32,142 nt of DNA from Candidatus Dojkabacteria bacterium CG_4_10_14_0_2_um_filter_Dojkabacteria_WS6_41_15 (lineage in GTDB: Bacteria; Patescibacteriota; Dojkabacteria; GCA-002793355). Position numbers and translations under genes: made by a program. The DNA is taken from positions 1-32,142 of the forward strand of contig PFQB01000098.1 of assembly GCA_002793355.1 (NCBI GenBank), read 5' to 3'. The notes beneath the pieces were generated by a model. It saw only the letters and a list, made by a program, of their open reading frames with translations, was not told the origin of the DNA and did no database searches. The stretch's first letter is position 1, and the number at the start of each line of letters is the position of its first letter. This document shows positions 32,001 to 32,142 of the stretch, piece after piece.

Positions 32001-32142
32001 CGACATCCTTTGCTTCAATATAACCGATTGGGGTTTTACCTTTAAGTAATACAAAGTCAGGTGCGCCAACTTTTTGTTGCTTTGGATCGTTTACTGCATT
32101 TATAGATGGATTTATAGATTCGACCAATGCCTCTAAAGCCGG
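29083..32142 (-). CDS. Type IIG restriction-modification fusion enzyme: PD-ExK nuclease, gamma-class N6-adenine methyltransferase and a target-recognition domain. The 5' end is partial at the window edge.
   Basis: N-terminal PDFVLLKGKTPIGYIEAKD (PD...ExK), SAM motif VLDPATGTGTFL, catalytic VVMGNPPYS, and a C-terminal HSPTYRERYKEFLKFDFPRIP block typical of the type IIG/ISP specificity region. The reading frame stays open upstream of the annotated TTG at 32127 to the end of the window. Confidence 0.85.
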   Translation of the reverse strand, partial: PALEALVESINPSINAVNDPKQQKVGAPDFVLLKGKTPIGYIEAKDVDIDLEKEFKTKNQFNRYKASLNNLCFTNYLDFHFYLDGQAIQKVAIARLIDNTIELIPDNIPLLESILKNFTTQKSISIRSPKELASLMAEKAKMLKNVVYLSLKDESEEKGQVEQQYEVFKQMLIHDLSLEQYADIYAQTVAYGMFAARYHDNSLNTFTRDEANSLLPKSNPFLRNFFQTIAGYNIDKRIVWIVDDLAELFNHVDVRELLANYGKETKRHDAIIHFYETFLGEYDQKMRKSRGVYYTPEPVVDFIVRAVDDILKTEFGITDGLADTCKIEVEKEVQGSKKKQKAMEHRVQVLDPATGTGTFLDHVIKHIYNSKFKGQQGIWQGYVDEHLLPRIHGFEILMASYSMAHLKLDITLAETGYDSSKGQGKRLGVYLTNTLEEPEAHQRDLFSQWLTTESMEANEVKKEKPIMVVMGNPPYSISSSNKGEWIQNLIKDYKKDLKEKKLNLDDDYIKFIRYAQWFIEKNGEGIIAYISNNSFIDGITHRQMRKSLLETFNKIYILDLHGNAKKKEVSPDGSKDENVFDIMQGVSINIFVKNRSSKHKLGEVYHSELWGKREKKYEALQSNVNKLKWKKLDYLEPEYFFVHKNLELAGENNANFSIQDLFRLYSSGLKTERDSICIQSSISDIKNVVNDFYKLDEISLKNKYSTYDTRDWKLKNAVNDVRRNIHSDLYKEVLYRPFDKRWTWYSGNSKGFIGTPGKKINSHMIYDNYSIITKRGQDFNSPPCHITNEIADIRVYSCPGVQGSDYMFPLYLYSENQLDSSTRKPNLDEKIIAEIAQKLKLQFIPDHEHADSGKEGTFNPLDVLDYVYAILHSPTYRERYKEFLKFDFPRIPFTSDQKLFWSLVEKGRVIRQNHLMEHPNSSSLITQYPVAGENEVINLKYSENKVWINDTQYFDNVPQIAWDLYIGGYQPTQKWLKDRKGKKLTFDEVLHYQRIIVALVNTDRIMKEIDGLLPKWPLN

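Noticed and set aside
1-32142. Possible alternative genetic code (TGA or TAG reassignment), as occurs in some candidate phyla.
   Set aside because: Well-supported genes terminate at TGA (19544-46, 21106-08, 26791-93), TAG (2233-35, 2681-83, 13019-21) and TAA. Conserved proteins such as topA, proS and gpmI are uninterrupted. Both the RF2 SPF and GGQ motifs are intact. The only in-frame TAGs are at the degraded 5' end of the first gene.
1-32142. CRISPR arrays, IS elements, transposases, integrases or rRNA genes.
   Set aside because: No regularly spaced direct repeats of 25-40 nt were seen. No DDE, serine or tyrosine recombinase-like ORFs were seen. No 16S/23S/5S-like conserved stretches were seen. 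The only tandem-like repeats are the short heptads at 14632-14738.

Overview
The window looks like a compact, reduced bacterial genome. This is inferred from the gene content, the short intergenic spacers and the many orphan genes. It is compatible with a Patescibacteria/CPR-like or other streamlined Gram-positive-type lineage, but that cannot be proven from sequence alone. Roughly 1-26.8 kb is a dense housekeeping backbone, in this order. Plus strand: Nudix, dprA-topA-radC, rpsB-tsf-frr-rseP, a T-box leader with proS, then rpsU-ybeY-pth-hpf. Minus strand: an ftsE-ftsX-M23 peptidase-SurA_N-like operon and prfB. Plus strand again: gpmI and murJ. Six cytoplasmic orphan ORFs are interspersed; three of them form a tandem paralogous triplet with a conserved promoter/leader motif. 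TGA, TAG and TAA all terminate well-supported genes, so the standard code 11 applies. Many genes appear leaderless, with a -10 box 5-8 nt upstream of the ATG. From about 26.8 kb the character changes. There is a 1.56 kb AT-richer, almost ORF-free region, followed by an Asp-rich orphan ORF and a large AT-rich type IIG restriction-modification fusion gene that runs off the window edge. The ORF-free region contains near-consensus sigma70-type promoters, a candidate about 97-nt sRNA with an intrinsic terminator, and two mini-ORFs with strong Shine-Dalgarno sites. It also contains long-range inverted repeats and a tRNA-Asn(GUU)-like cloverleaf that sits on top of a long leader/trailer helix and deviates at universally conserved tRNA positions. 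I consider this non-coding/tRNA-like locus the most likely place for undescribed biology, followed by the paralogous triplet. No rRNA, CRISPR array, transposase or integrase could be supported.
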